Origin: an uncultured Planctomycetales bacterium
GTDB lineage: Bacteria; Omnitrophota; Gorgyraeia; Zapsychrales; JANLHA01
Direction: 5' to 3'
DNA length: 64,000 bases
NCBI GenBank assembly: GCA_964450385.1
Contig: CAYVEC010000007.1
Coordinates: 5,977 to 69,976 of the forward strand
The notes under the pieces are model-generated. The model did not search any database and was not told the origin of the DNA. It saw nothing but the letters and a program-made list of their open reading frames with translations. The position numbers were made by a program, and so were the translations under genes. This document shows, one piece after another, positions 1-8,876 of this stretch. How positions within the stretch are numbered: the first letter of the stretch is position 1; every line of letters begins with the position of its first letter.

Positions 1-94
1 TATACTGACTCTGCGGCGTTTGGGGCGCGAGGTTGTTGGTATTTTCTGGGAGGCAACGGCTCGTGATCGGTGCAAGGTTATTGGAAAGACAGCG

Positions 95-799
95 ATGGGT
101 GACGTGATACAACGAACGGGTCGAAAGAGGCATCAGCCGAAGGGTTTTGACATTCTCTATGAAGATCGGGACGTGATCGTGGGGAATAAAGCCCCGGGGG
201 TTTTGACGGTCGCGGCGACGTATGACAAGGTCCATACTGTTCATCATGCCTTGAATCAATATGTCCGAAAGGGCAACGCGCGTTCGACAAAACGGGTCTT
301 TGTGGTCCATCGGCTTGATCGTGAGACGTCCGGGGTGCTGATCTTCGCGAAGACCGACGAGGTCAAGGAGGTGCTCAAGGCCCAGTGGAACGTCACCCGA
401 AAAACGTATCACGCCGTGGTCCACGGCCGGCTCGCTGATAAAAAGGGAACGATCTCGAGTCATCTGCTCGAGGATGAGGAATATACGGTCCGGCCCACAG
501 AGGATGCTGCGAAAGGAAAGTTATCGCACACCTCCTACACGGTCGTTAAGGAGGGGAAAAAGCTTTCCCTGCTTGAGATCGACCTCCTCACCGGCAGAAA
601 AAATCAGATACGGGTCCATCTCGCGCAGATCCATCATCCGATTGTAGGCGATAAAAAATATGGCGGCGGCCATGACCGGTTTCCGTTTTTGGCCTTGCAC
701 GCCCGATCGATCTCGTTTCTCCATCCTTTTAGCGGAAAGCGCATTGATATTGAAGCCCCTGCGCCTGATTATTTTTCAGCCCTGGTGGCTCGGATTTAA
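95..799 (+). CDS. RluA-family 23S/tRNA pseudouridine synthase (start uncertain: ATG 95 or TTG 20; frame is open to window edge)
   Basis: Motifs ILYEDRDVIVGNKAPGVLTV and HRLDRETSGVLIFAKT (catalytic Asp), typical of RluA/RluD family; no S4 domain so RluA-type. Confidence 0.85.
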   Translation: MGDVIQRTGRKRHQPKGFDILYEDRDVIVGNKAPGVLTVAATYDKVHTVHHALNQYVRKGNARSTKRVFVVHRLDRETSGVLIFAKTDEVKEVLKAQWNVTRKTYHAVVHGRLADKKGTISSHLLEDEEYTVRPTEDAAKGKLSHTSYTVVKEGKKLSLLEIDLLTGRKNQIRVHLAQIHHPIVGDKKYGGGHDRFPFLALHARSISFLHPFSGKRIDIEAPAPDYFSALVARI

Positions 800-944
800 G
801 AAAAGGGCTTTGTATCGGTAGGCTTATGAGGGCCGGCCTTTTGCAGGCCGATGCTCAAAAAACGCTCTTTTGGTTTTTTCATTTTTGGCCGCGTGATATA
901 CTGCTCCTGAAGACATACCGAAGTCTCGGTACTGGGGGATGCTC

Positions 945-1970
945 ATGAAAAAACAGATCGGGATAGTTCTTGTCGTCGCAGTGTTGATTGCAGGCGGGAT
1001 GCGTGACGCGGCTTCCGAAGGCCGGGCGGACGGAGCGTATGCGGAATATTTCGATAATGGGCAGGTCCGCGAGGAGGGTGTTTATCGTGGGGGCGAGCGC
1101 GACGGCTTATACAAACGCTATTATAAGAACGGGATCCTCGCTGAGGAAGGCGCCTATCGTCAGGGCGAGCGCGACGGGGTGTTTACCGCCTATTATCCGA
1201 ACGGCCAGATTCGTGAGGAGTCGTTCTACGCGGCCGGCCGACGTGAGGGCGCGCTCAAGCGTTATTATGAGGACGGAGAGATCCAGGAAGAGGGGCTGTT
1301 CAAGGACGACAAACGTGAGGGCACGTACCGCCGTTATGCCGATGGCGGCCGGCTCTATATTGAGGAGATCTATCGTGAGGGCCGAGCCGTCGTATCGCTT
1401 CGAAAGGAGTATTACGAGAGTGGCAAACTGAAAAAAGAAATGGTCTATCATGATGATAAGTTTGAGGGGCCCTATCGTTCCTTTTATGAGAATGGCCAGA
1501 TCGGCGAGTCGAAGACCTATAAGGCGGACAAGCTTGATGGGACCTATATGTTCTATTATGAAGACGGCCAGATCGGAGAACAGGCAACCTATCAGAACGG
1601 GTTGAAGGAGGGCCTTTATGCCTCCTATTATGAGAACGGCCAGATCCGGGAGCAGGGAAATTATGTCGCGGACCAGCGGAACGGTCTTTATACCACTTAT
1701 TATGAGAACGGCAGGGTCCGGGTTGAGGAGGTCTATACGAACGGCCGGCTTAACGGGCCGTATAAATGGTTTTATGAGGGCGGGCAGGTCGGTGAAGAGA
1801 AGGTGTATGTTAATGGAACCTTAAACGGGCCCTACACCCGTTATTATGATAACGGCCAGATCCGTGAGCAGGGGGCATATAAGGATGACAAGCGGACGGG
1901 CCACTATACTTCGTATGATGAAAACGGCGTCGTTCGTGATCAGGCGGTCTATTGTGACGGAGGGGTCTAG
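945..1970 (+). CDS. MORN-repeat (YwqK-type) secreted/periplasmic repeat protein
   Basis: N-terminal signal peptide, then about 14 tandem ~23-aa units of form G-x-Y-x-x-Y-Y-E-N-G-Q-I-R-E-E-G; the underlying DNA repeats periodically. Confidence 0.7.
   Translation: MKKQIGIVLVVAVLIAGGMRDAASEGRADGAYAEYFDNGQVREEGVYRGGERDGLYKRYYKNGILAEEGAYRQGERDGVFTAYYPNGQIREESFYAAGRREGALKRYYEDGEIQEEGLFKDDKREGTYRRYADGGRLYIEEIYREGRAVVSLRKEYYESGKLKKEMVYHDDKFEGPYRSFYENGQIGESKTYKADKLDGTYMFYYEDGQIGEQATYQNGLKEGLYASYYENGQIREQGNYVADQRNGLYTTYYENGRVRVEEVYTNGRLNGPYKWFYEGGQVGEEKVYVNGTLNGPYTRYYDNGQIREQGAYKDDKRTGHYTSYDENGVVRDQAVYCDGGV
1000..1950 (+). repeat. Intragenic tandem repeat (~69-72 bp period) encoding MORN-like units
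   Basis: Recurrent DNA words such as tattatgagaacggccagatccg at ~1623, 1701, 1842, 1551, 1479. Confidence 0.7.
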
Positions 1971-2012
1971 CGGATTTGGGGATCAGGTGCCTCATGGGGC
2001 AGGGAACGTGAA

Positions 2013-2040
2013 ACCGGTGACAGACTGTCACCGGTTTTTT
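2013..2040 (+). terminator. Rho-independent terminator after MORN-repeat gene
   Basis: ACCGGTGAC-AGACT-GTCACCGGT perfect 9-bp stem followed by TTTTTT. Confidence 0.8.
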
Positions 2041-2092
2041 ACTGGGTAAGAAAAGGCCGCACCGCACGACTAACCTGTACACGAGGTGCGTC

Positions 2093-2734
2093 ATGCCAAT
2101 AAGACGAAGCGGTTTCATACTCATGATTTTCTTGTCGCTCTCAGCCGGTTCCGCCTGGGCACGTAACGTCACTTATACCGGCGGCACGGCGCTCATCGGA
2201 TCCTTTGACGACGACTCGTTTTCTTCACTCGTTCATTACACCCCGTATTACCGCTATTCTGTGGGGTATCGGTATGAATATTTTCGCGAACGCGAGTGGC
2301 ATTACAATGGCCTCCAGGTGAACTATCTGCTCCACCGCTGGAATCAACCCGATGCCCAGGCGAATCTGTATATTCTTACGAGCGTGGGATCAGGGGCGAG
2401 CCGTGATCATGACACCACCGCCGCGGGGTTCGTTGGGGCGGCCGCGGATTGGGAGAATCGGAGGCTTTTTGTTTCGTATGAAAACCGGTATCTCAACGCC
2501 GGCGAGACCGATGAATTCTATGTTCAGAAGGCGAGGCTGGGCGTGGCCCCGTATGTCGCTGAATTCGGAGGGATCCACACGTGGCTCATGATCGAGGCCT
2601 CAGAGAGCCCACAGCGCGAAGACCGATCGTTGACGTTCACCCCGCTCGTCCGTTTTTTTAAAGGCACGGACATGGTCGAGCTCGGTTGGACGATTGATGG
2701 CGGGGCCATGGCGAATCTGCGCCTGGTCTTTTAG
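2093..2734 (+). CDS. Putative outer-membrane beta-barrel protein
   Basis: Signal peptide ending SAWA; Tyr/Gly-rich alternating segments; C-terminal ...LRLVF aromatic terminus typical of OMPs. Confidence 0.45.
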   Translation: MPIRRSGFILMIFLSLSAGSAWARNVTYTGGTALIGSFDDDSFSSLVHYTPYYRYSVGYRYEYFREREWHYNGLQVNYLLHRWNQPDAQANLYILTSVGSGASRDHDTTAAGFVGAAADWENRRLFVSYENRYLNAGETDEFYVQKARLGVAPYVAEFGGIHTWLMIEASESPQREDRSLTFTPLVRFFKGTDMVELGWTIDGGAMANLRLVF

Positions 2735-2750
2735 ATGAAGGGAGGGGACG

Positions 2751-3053
2751 ATGAACAGGAACGGTTTTTTAAAACTCGTGGTTCTTCTGGCGTTCCTTTT
2801 TAGTGTTGCCGGTGTATCGATCGCCGACGGGGCACCGATCGTTGTTTATGTGAACGGCATGGTCTGTGATTTTTGCGCCCGGGCCCTTGAGAAGACATTC
2901 CTGAAACACGAGAGTGTCGACGGGATCACGGTTGATCTCACGAGTAAAAAGCTCACGATCACCCTGAAAGAGGGCGGCGCGTTGGATGATGCCGCGATCA
3001 CGGACCTTGTCCGGCATGCGGGGTACGCGGTGGAACGGATCGAAAGGAAATAA
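2751..3053 (+). CDS. merP: Periplasmic heavy-metal-associated (HMA) domain protein, MerP-like
   Basis: Signal peptide plus GMVCDFCA metal-binding motif (compare MerP GMTCAAC) in a ~70-aa ferredoxin-like HMA domain. Confidence 0.7.
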   Translation: MNRNGFLKLVVLLAFLFSVAGVSIADGAPIVVYVNGMVCDFCARALEKTFLKHESVDGITVDLTSKKLTITLKEGGALDDAAITDLVRHAGYAVERIERK

Positions 3054-3054
3054 G

Positions 3055-3423
3055 ATGAGGCTCAATGGCCGCCAGACCCTGTGGGTAACGCTCAGCCTCC
3101 TCGTGTCGTCATCGACGCTTGTCTGCTGCGCCTTGCCCGCGCTCCTTGTGGCCCTGGGACTCGGCGCGGCCGTTGCCGGCCTGGTCTCGGCGGTGCCGGG
3201 GGTGGTATGGTTTTCAGAGCACAAGGTCCTTGTGTTTGCGTTGGCGGGCGCGCTTTTTCTCGTGAGCGGCTGGCGCCGCCATGCTGATCGGGCCGCGTGT
3301 CCGGCGGATCCCGCGCTCGCCCTCGCCTGCGGCCGGGTCAAAAGGATCGCGACGGTTCTTTATTGGCTGTCGATCGTGCTCTATGCCGTGGGCTTTACTG
3401 TCGCATTTTTATATCGAGGATAA
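3055..3423 (+). CDS. merT: MerT-family heavy-metal (mercuric ion) transport membrane protein
   Basis: Three predicted TM helices, vicinal Cys pair (LVCCALP) in TM1 and second Cys pair (ACPADPALALAC) in the loop, the canonical MerT arrangement; RBS AAAGGAAA before ATG 3055. Confidence 0.7.
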   Translation: MRLNGRQTLWVTLSLLVSSSTLVCCALPALLVALGLGAAVAGLVSAVPGVVWFSEHKVLVFALAGALFLVSGWRRHADRAACPADPALALACGRVKRIATVLYWLSIVLYAVGFTVAFLYRG

Positions 3424-3519
3424 GACGCCGCGTTTTTGTTGGTGGGCGTCTCGCCTTTCTCTAAAACCATGCTATAATACGCTGGATTTTGTCCGGGGGA
3501 TCATCACCAGGAGGCGGGT

Positions 3520-4218
3520 GTGACAGGGAGAGAGTGGCTGAAGGGGTTTCGTGCGGCCGTGACGCTCGCGCTTGCCTTGGCGCTCGTGGGGGCCGGGGCA
3601 TTCATTTATCGACGCTATCAGGAGATCGTTCAGGAGCGGGCTGTTCTGCGTCAGATCGTCGAACGGCTGAGCGCTGATTCCCGGATCGCGGAGGTCGTGG
3701 TGACGGATGTGTCTGTTGATCCTCAGACCGCGCAGGTGATGACCACGATCAAATTTTTGGAACGGGACGCGGCAGGTACGGCTATGGCGCCCAGATATTT
3801 CACCTTTAGCGGAAATCTGATCCAGTTTCAGTCGTTGGTGGTCCGCTTTAATGATGACCTGGTGCGGTCGGGGGACGCCCTGCGGGGACGGAGCGCCTAT
3901 CTTTTTTGGAAGGCCTTTGTCCTCGACGGGCCGCGGACCGAAGAACATCTCATCACCCCGATCGGAGAGGTCCCTGAGGGCTATAAGCTCCCCGGGGGCC
4001 GGAATCCTTTTGAGGATCGGATCTGGGCCGAATTTTGGACCCATGCCCTTGATCCCCAAAAGGCGGTCACACGCGGGATCAAGAACGCGCAGATCGAGGC
4101 GCCGGGGACGCGGTTCGTGCCGGGGATTTTATATACGCTTAATATCGAGCATGACGGCGGGATCCGGATCGATGCGGCGCCGATCCCTGAGATCTTGAAG
4201 GGGGAACGCGTTTTGTAA
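3520..4218 (+). CDS. Hypothetical membrane-anchored protein (single N-terminal TM)
   Basis: GTG start with AGGAGG RBS; hydrophobic N-terminus; no recognisable motif. Confidence 0.4.
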   Translation: MTGREWLKGFRAAVTLALALALVGAGAFIYRRYQEIVQERAVLRQIVERLSADSRIAEVVVTDVSVDPQTAQVMTTIKFLERDAAGTAMAPRYFTFSGNLIQFQSLVVRFNDDLVRSGDALRGRSAYLFWKAFVLDGPRTEEHLITPIGEVPEGYKLPGGRNPFEDRIWAEFWTHALDPQKAVTRGIKNAQIEAPGTRFVPGILYTLNIEHDGGIRIDAAPIPEILKGERVL

Positions 4219-4267
4219 CGTTACGGATGACGCATTGTTGACACCATGAGGGAGGCGGAGGATCGTT

Positions 4268-4807
4268 ATGGAATCATGGATCTTTGAATGGGTGGCCCTT
4301 CCATTATTGATTTTTGTCTCGAGGGTGATTGACGTCTCGATCGGCAGTGTCAGGATCATTTTTCTTTACCGCGGGCTCAAGCTCCTCACGCCGATCCTGG
4401 CCTTCTTTGAGGTCTTGATCTGGCTTTTCGCGATCAGGGTCATCTTTCTGAATCTTGCCAATCCCGTTTGCTTTATCGCGTTCGCGGCTGGTTTTGCCAC
4501 CGGCAATTATGTCGGGATCCTCTTAGAGGAACGCCTGGCCCTGGGATACCGGATGATCCAGGTGATCACCCGTAAAGACGCGAGCGAGCTCATCGCGGCT
4601 TTAAAACAGCGGAATTTTGGGGTCACCCGCGTCAATGCCGAGGGCACGACCGGCGCGGTTCACGTCATCTTTATGGTCCTTAAGCGTGAGCATATTACCG
4701 AGGCACTGACCCTGGTGCGGACGTTCAATCCGAAGGCCTTTTACTCGGTCGGCGAGGTCCGCGAGGTCAGGGAGGGGATCTTCCCGCAGCCGCATTTTCT
4801 CCGTTAG
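4268..4807 (+). CDS. UPF0316/DUF2179 family membrane protein
   Basis: Sequence pattern ...RVIDVSIGSVRIIFLYRG...FATGNYVGILLEERLALGY...RVNAEGTTG... matches the UPF0316 family (~180 aa, 3 TM plus a cytoplasmic domain). Confidence 0.7.
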   Translation: MESWIFEWVALPLLIFVSRVIDVSIGSVRIIFLYRGLKLLTPILAFFEVLIWLFAIRVIFLNLANPVCFIAFAAGFATGNYVGILLEERLALGYRMIQVITRKDASELIAALKQRNFGVTRVNAEGTTGAVHVIFMVLKREHITEALTLVRTFNPKAFYSVGEVREVREGIFPQPHFLR

Positions 4808-4840
4808 GTCTTTATTTTTCCGTCGACAAAAAAAATTTTA

Positions 4841-4869
4841 TTGACAGCGGGAAAAATGATACTAAAATA
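4841..4869 (+). promoter_or_regulatory. Sigma70-type promoter of hcp (TTGACA-16-TAAAAT)
   Basis: TTGACA at 4841-4846 and TAAAAT at 4863-4868; AT-rich UP-like tract upstream; AGGAGG RBS at 4902. Confidence 0.6.
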
Positions 4870-4876
4870 GTGTCAT
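4856..4876 (+). promoter_or_regulatory. Imperfect 9-3-9 inverted repeat ATGATACTA-AAA-TAGTGTCAT overlapping the -10 of the hcp promoter (candidate Rrf2/NsrR-type operator)
   Basis: Half-sites are reverse complements with one mismatch; A/T-rich centre resembles NsrR-type 11-1-11 operators. Confidence 0.4.
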
Positions 4877-4915
4877 ATTTCGGACGACCGGTGATACACA
4901 CAGGAGGAATGACCT

Positions 4916-6556
4916 ATGGGAATGTTCTGTTTTCAGTGCCAGGAGACGGTGAAGAACCAGGGATGCACGGTCCGCGGGGTCTGCGGCAAGGACGAGAGGG
5001 CCTCGGACCTTATGGACCTGCTCATCTATGTCCTTGAGGGGATCGCGGCCGTGGCCGAAAAGAGCGGCCAGCCGATCGATCGGCGGTACGGGATCTTCCT
5101 GTGCCAGGGCCTGTTCGCCACGATCACGAACGCGAATTTTGATGAGGACCGGATCGTCGCCCTCATCCGTGAGGCCTATGTCCTCCGCGCCGACTTGGCG
5201 GCGAAGGCTGGTATTGATCTTCGTTCCAAGGATCTTCCGGATCAGGCGCGCTGGCAGGCCGATACGAAGGAGGCGATGCTCGCCAAGGCAGCTGCGGTCA
5301 GCCCGCGGTCATTCAGCGAGCGCGAGGACGCCCGTTCGCTCAAGGCCCTCATGATGTATGGGCTTAAAGGGATCGCCGCTTATGCGGATCACGCCCATGA
5401 GCTCGGGGCCTATGACGACAACGTTTTTGCGTTTGTGATCAAGGCGATGTCTGCTATGACGAAAGATCTTCCTGAGGAGGCATTGCTCGCACTTGTTATT
5501 GAGACCGGTGAGGCCTCGGTCAAGACCATGGCCCTGCTCGATGGCGCGAATACCGCGCATTACGGCAATCCTGAGATCACGCGGGTGAAGCTCGGTGTCG
5601 GGAAAAATCCCGGGATCCTGATCTCGGGTCACGACCTCAGGGACATGGAGGATCTGCTCAAGGCCACCGAGGGGACCGGGGTTGATGTCTATACCCACAG
5701 TGAGATGCTGCCGGCGCATTATTATCCGGCGTTCAAGAAGTATCGTCATTTTATCGGGAATTACGGCGGGTCGTGGTGGCATCAGAATAAGGATTTTGAG
5801 ACCTTTAACGGCCCGATCCTGATGACGACCAACTGTATCATTCCGGTGAAGGATTCGTATAAGGATCGGTTATTTACGACGGGCATGGCCGGATATCCCG
5901 GCATTAAGCATATTGGACCGCGGCCGAACGGCGGGTCCAAGGATTTTTCCGAGATCATTGCCCTGGCCAAGGGCTGCCCGCCGCCTCAGGAGATCGAGAC
6001 GGGCGAGATCGTGGGCGGTTTTGCCCACCAGCAGGTCCTCGCCCTGGCGGACAAGGTCGTGGCCGCGGTGAAGGCGGGGAAAATAAAACGGTTTGTCGTG
6101 ATGGCCGGATGCGACGGCCGTCAGCGCCAGCGTGGGTATTTCACCGATGTCGCAGCGAACCTGCCGAAGGATACGGTCATCCTCACCGCTGGGTGCGCGA
6201 AGTACCGGTATAATAAACTGAATCTTGGTGATATCGACGGGATCCCGCGCGTGCTTGATGCGGGCCAGTGTAATGATTCGTATTCGCTCGCGGTGATCGC
6301 GCTCAAGCTGAAAGAGGTCTTCGGGGTCAAGGATGTGAATGACCTGCCGATCTCGTTCGACATTGCCTGGTATGAGCAGAAGGCGGTCTGCGTTCTTCTC
6401 GCCCTGCTGTATCTTGGGTTCCGCGGGATCCGGCTCGGCCCGACGCTTCCGGCCTTTGTCTCGCCGAACGTGGCCAAGATCCTGGTTGAGAAGTTCGATA
6501 TCAAGCCGATCGGCGAGGTCGCGTCCGACATCGAGGCGATGATGGCCGGGCGATAA
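4916..6556 (+). CDS. hcp: Hybrid-cluster protein (hydroxylamine reductase / NO-stress prismane protein)
   Basis: N-terminus MFCFQCQET...[10 protein letters not shown] is the Hcp class-1 Cys cluster; ~546 aa; conserved core throughout. Confidence 0.95.
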   Translation: MGMFCFQCQETVKNQGCTVRGVCGKDERASDLMDLLIYVLEGIAAVAEKSGQPIDRRYGIFLCQGLFATITNANFDEDRIVALIREAYVLRADLAAKAGIDLRSKDLPDQARWQADTKEAMLAKAAAVSPRSFSEREDARSLKALMMYGLKGIAAYADHAHELGAYDDNVFAFVIKAMSAMTKDLPEEALLALVIETGEASVKTMALLDGANTAHYGNPEITRVKLGVGKNPGILISGHDLRDMEDLLKATEGTGVDVYTHSEMLPAHYYPAFKKYRHFIGNYGGSWWHQNKDFETFNGPILMTTNCIIPVKDSYKDRLFTTGMAGYPGIKHIGPRPNGGSKDFSEIIALAKGCPPPQEIETGEIVGGFAHQQVLALADKVVAAVKAGKIKRFVVMAGCDGRQRQRGYFTDVAANLPKDTVILTAGCAKYRYNKLNLGDIDGIPRVLDAGQCNDSYSLAVIALKLKEVFGVKDVNDLPISFDIAWYEQKAVCVLLALLYLGFRGIRLGPTLPAFVSPNVAKILVEKFDIKPIGEVASDIEAMMAGR

Positions 6557-6569
6557 GGCGGATGAGCGC

Positions 6570-6986
6570 ATGAAACTCTTAACGAAACACACCGATTACG
6601 CGATCCGGGCCCTGGTCTATCTCGCCAGGCGCCCGGACGCCTTTGTCTCGGCGCGCGAGATCGCCGAGGAGCAGATCGTTCCATACCCTTTCTTGCGTCG
6701 GATCCTGCAGTCCCTGATCCAGGCCAAGCTGGTTGTCTCGCAGGGCGGGGTTTGCGGCGGGGTCAAGATGGCCCGGGCGCCCGGTAAGATCCGGGTGGTG
6801 GACATCATCGATCTGTTTCAGGGAGAGGTCCAGCTCATGGATTGCATGATGCGATCCAAGGCCTGTCCGCATCGGCCGACCTGCCCGCTTCGCGGGGAGG
6901 TGTCCAAGATCGAGGCGCTCGTTGAGAAGGAGTTCGGCAAGATCACGATCGCGAAATTAATCGCAAAAAGGCATGAGGCGACATGA
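6570..6986 (+). CDS. Rrf2-family transcriptional regulator (NsrR/IscR-like; three Cys for Fe-S)
   Basis: N-terminal wHTH MKLLTKHTDYAIRALVYLA; Cys-x(n)-Cys-x5-Cys (CMMRSKACPHRPTC) cluster-ligand pattern. Confidence 0.85.
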   Translation: MKLLTKHTDYAIRALVYLARRPDAFVSAREIAEEQIVPYPFLRRILQSLIQAKLVVSQGGVCGGVKMARAPGKIRVVDIIDLFQGEVQLMDCMMRSKACPHRPTCPLRGEVSKIEALVEKEFGKITIAKLIAKRHEAT

Positions 6987-7813
6987 AACGAAAAATGATC
7001 TGTATCGATGAGAAGAAGTGTAACGGCTGCGGGCTCTGTATTCCGAATTGCCCGGAGGGGGCCATCCAGATGATCGACGGCAAGGCGCGGGTCGTCTCGG
7101 AGTCGGCCTGCGACGGCCTCGGTGCGTGCCTTGGCCACTGTCCCCAGGGCGCGATCACGATCGAGGAGCGCGAGGCGGCGCCGTATGATGAGCGCGCGGT
7201 CATGGACCGGCTGATCGGCCAGGGGATGAACGTGGTGCGGGCCCATCTTGAGCACCTCCAGCATCATGGAGAAGATGACCTCCTCGCGATCGCACGGGCG
7301 GTCTTAAAGGAGCGGGGGGTTATGATCCCGGCGTCAGGGCCGCATGCCGGCGGCCATGGCGGCTGCCCTGGGTCGCGCGTCATGGATATGAGGGGTGAGG
7401 CGGCGCCTGCCGCGGGGCCTGCTCTCTCTTCAGGACCGCGGGCCTCAGCGCTTCGGCAGTGGCCGACGCAGTTACAGCTCATCCCGACCCGGGCCCCATA
7501 TTTTGAGGATGCGGACCTCCTCGTGGCCGCCGATTGCACGGCCTTTGCCTACGCGAATTTTCATGAACGTTTTCTGAAAGGCCGGATCTTGGTCATGTTT
7601 TGCCCCAAATTAGACACCGCGCAACTGGAGCTGTATCGCGAGAAATTGACCGCGATCTTAAAGGAAAATCGTATCCGATCCGTCAGTGTCGTCCGGATGG
7701 AGGTCCCCTGCTGCGGCGGGACCGTGAGTATTCTTGAGGATGCGATCACCCGTTCTGGCAAAGCACTGGTGATCCGTGAGTACGTGATCTCGGTGCGGGG
7801 CGACCTTATCTGA
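6983..7813 (+). CDS. 4Fe-4S dicluster ferredoxin-domain protein with Cys-rich C-terminal domain of unknown function
   Basis: CNGCGLCIPNCP and CDGLGACLGHCP motifs; C-terminal ...VPCCGG...; translationally coupled to the Rrf2 gene (ATGA overlap). Confidence 0.6.
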   Translation: MKRKMICIDEKKCNGCGLCIPNCPEGAIQMIDGKARVVSESACDGLGACLGHCPQGAITIEEREAAPYDERAVMDRLIGQGMNVVRAHLEHLQHHGEDDLLAIARAVLKERGVMIPASGPHAGGHGGCPGSRVMDMRGEAAPAAGPALSSGPRASALRQWPTQLQLIPTRAPYFEDADLLVAADCTAFAYANFHERFLKGRILVMFCPKLDTAQLELYREKLTAILKENRIRSVSVVRMEVPCCGGTVSILEDAITRSGKALVIREYVISVRGDLI

Positions 7814-7883
7814 TAACGGGTGGGGCGCGTGTCCGGGTGTGTCCGGGCCTGTCCCTTGTCTGGGTTTGGGAGGGGTTGTCCCG

Positions 7884-7912
7884 TTGACAAACACGGTTCT
7901 GTCGATTACACT
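7884..7912 (+). promoter_or_regulatory. Sigma70-type promoter (TTGACA-17-TACACT) upstream of PEP-CTERM gene
   Basis: Read directly; followed by an AT-rich leader and an RBS. Confidence 0.5.
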
Positions 7913-7956
7913 TTGGTATCTTTTAAAAAAATAAAAAGTGTATCGAGGATTAGAAA

Positions 7957-8721
7957 ATGACGAATCGACGATATTTTTTGATGGCCGTGATCGTAGGGGC
8001 CGTCCTTGGAATGGCCGCAATGCCGGCAGGGGCCGCGGTCCTGGATCTGAGTCTTGTGACCTCATCCGGAACGGTGAACGGCGCCTTGTTCAGCCGGACA
8101 TCCGTTGGTGGTCAGGGGACAGGGAATTTTGACCCGTTTATCCGCCTTCAAGGCAAAGGCGGGGATCAGGCTGGATATAACACCGATGGTGTTGTGGAAT
8201 TCGACGCAAAGGCCGGCGGGCCGTGGACCGAGTCCGTGATGCTCGGAGAGCTTCCGGTCGTTATGATCAATGATGTTGATTATTATGAAATCTTGCTCGA
8301 CGCCGCTGAGCCAGGGAGTGGGAAGAGTGATCTGACGATCGATGTGATTGAACTTTATACCCTCTCGACCAATACAGTGAGCGGATATCCGATGAATTTC
8401 CCAACTGCGGACCGGCGGTACGCGCTCGATGTTTTTAATATGGCCGGGCTCGCTGAGGACAATAGTATTCTGCTCGACGATATTACCGGGAACGGTTTCG
8501 CGGACATGTATGCGTATTTCCCGGTGTCAATGTTCGAGGGGCGCAATCAATATTTATATTTTTACAGTGAGTTTACAGGCGCCGAGGGATCGTTTGAGGA
8601 ATGGGGGGTGCAAAGCAGGGTTTCGCCTTCGCCTTTGTCTACGTCCCCGGTCCCTGAACCGGCGAGCCTCGCCTTGTTAGGCGCGGGCCTTGCGGGGGCC
8701 GTTTTACGTCGTAAAAAATAG
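7957..8721 (+). CDS. PEP-CTERM sorting-domain secreted protein (exosortase substrate)
   Basis: Signal peptide; C-terminal VPEPASLALLGAGLAGAVLRRKK is the PEP motif, TM helix and basic tail. Confidence 0.8.
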   Translation: MTNRRYFLMAVIVGAVLGMAAMPAGAAVLDLSLVTSSGTVNGALFSRTSVGGQGTGNFDPFIRLQGKGGDQAGYNTDGVVEFDAKAGGPWTESVMLGELPVVMINDVDYYEILLDAAEPGSGKSDLTIDVIELYTLSTNTVSGYPMNFPTADRRYALDVFNMAGLAEDNSILLDDITGNGFADMYAYFPVSMFEGRNQYLYFYSEFTGAEGSFEEWGVQSRVSPSPLSTSPVPEPASLALLGAGLAGAVLRRKK

Positions 8722-8743
8722 CATCTGATCTTCAATACAGGAC

Positions 8744-8775
8744 AGGCCTATCGCCATGACGATAGGCCTTTTTTA
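8744..8775 (+). terminator. Rho-independent terminator
   Basis: AGGCCTATCG-ccatga-CGATAGGCCT perfect 10-bp stem followed by TTTTTT. Confidence 0.8.
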
Positions 8776-8876
8776 TTGGGCAGGACGACACGCCGCTGGT
8801 ATTTCAGACATGGTTTTGATATGATATCGTTCACTGTTTTTAAAAAGCGGTACATTCTCTACACAAGGAGGGCGGG

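Noticed and set aside
988-1824. Alternative-frame ORFs inside the MORN-repeat gene (988-1431+, 1107-1451-, 1300-1587-, 1618-1824+)
   Set aside because: They are artefacts of the periodic DNA repeat. The 939/945-1970 frame carries the signal peptide and the consistent repeat consensus.
939-1970. CRISPR array considered because of regular ~70-bp periodic repeats
   Set aside because: The repeats are in frame, coding (MORN units) and degenerate at the DNA level. There are no unique spacers and no cas genes in the window.
5870-6684. Long minus-strand ORFs (240 and 187 aa) inside hcp. Similar antisense ORFs occur at 12879-13298, 14502-15134, 15148-15705, 24177-24659, 24897-25499, 26727-27269, 28942-29724, 32156-32893, 34936-35790, 42049-42723, 46175-46792, 47388-47972, 49758-50570, 51660-52181, 55267-55710, 57376-57966, 59127-59660 and 61415-61903.
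   Set aside because: All lie opposite to or out of frame within genes that have clear homology. They are Arg/Pro/Gly-rich low-complexity translations typical of shadow ORFs in high-GC DNA, and they have no RBS or motifs.
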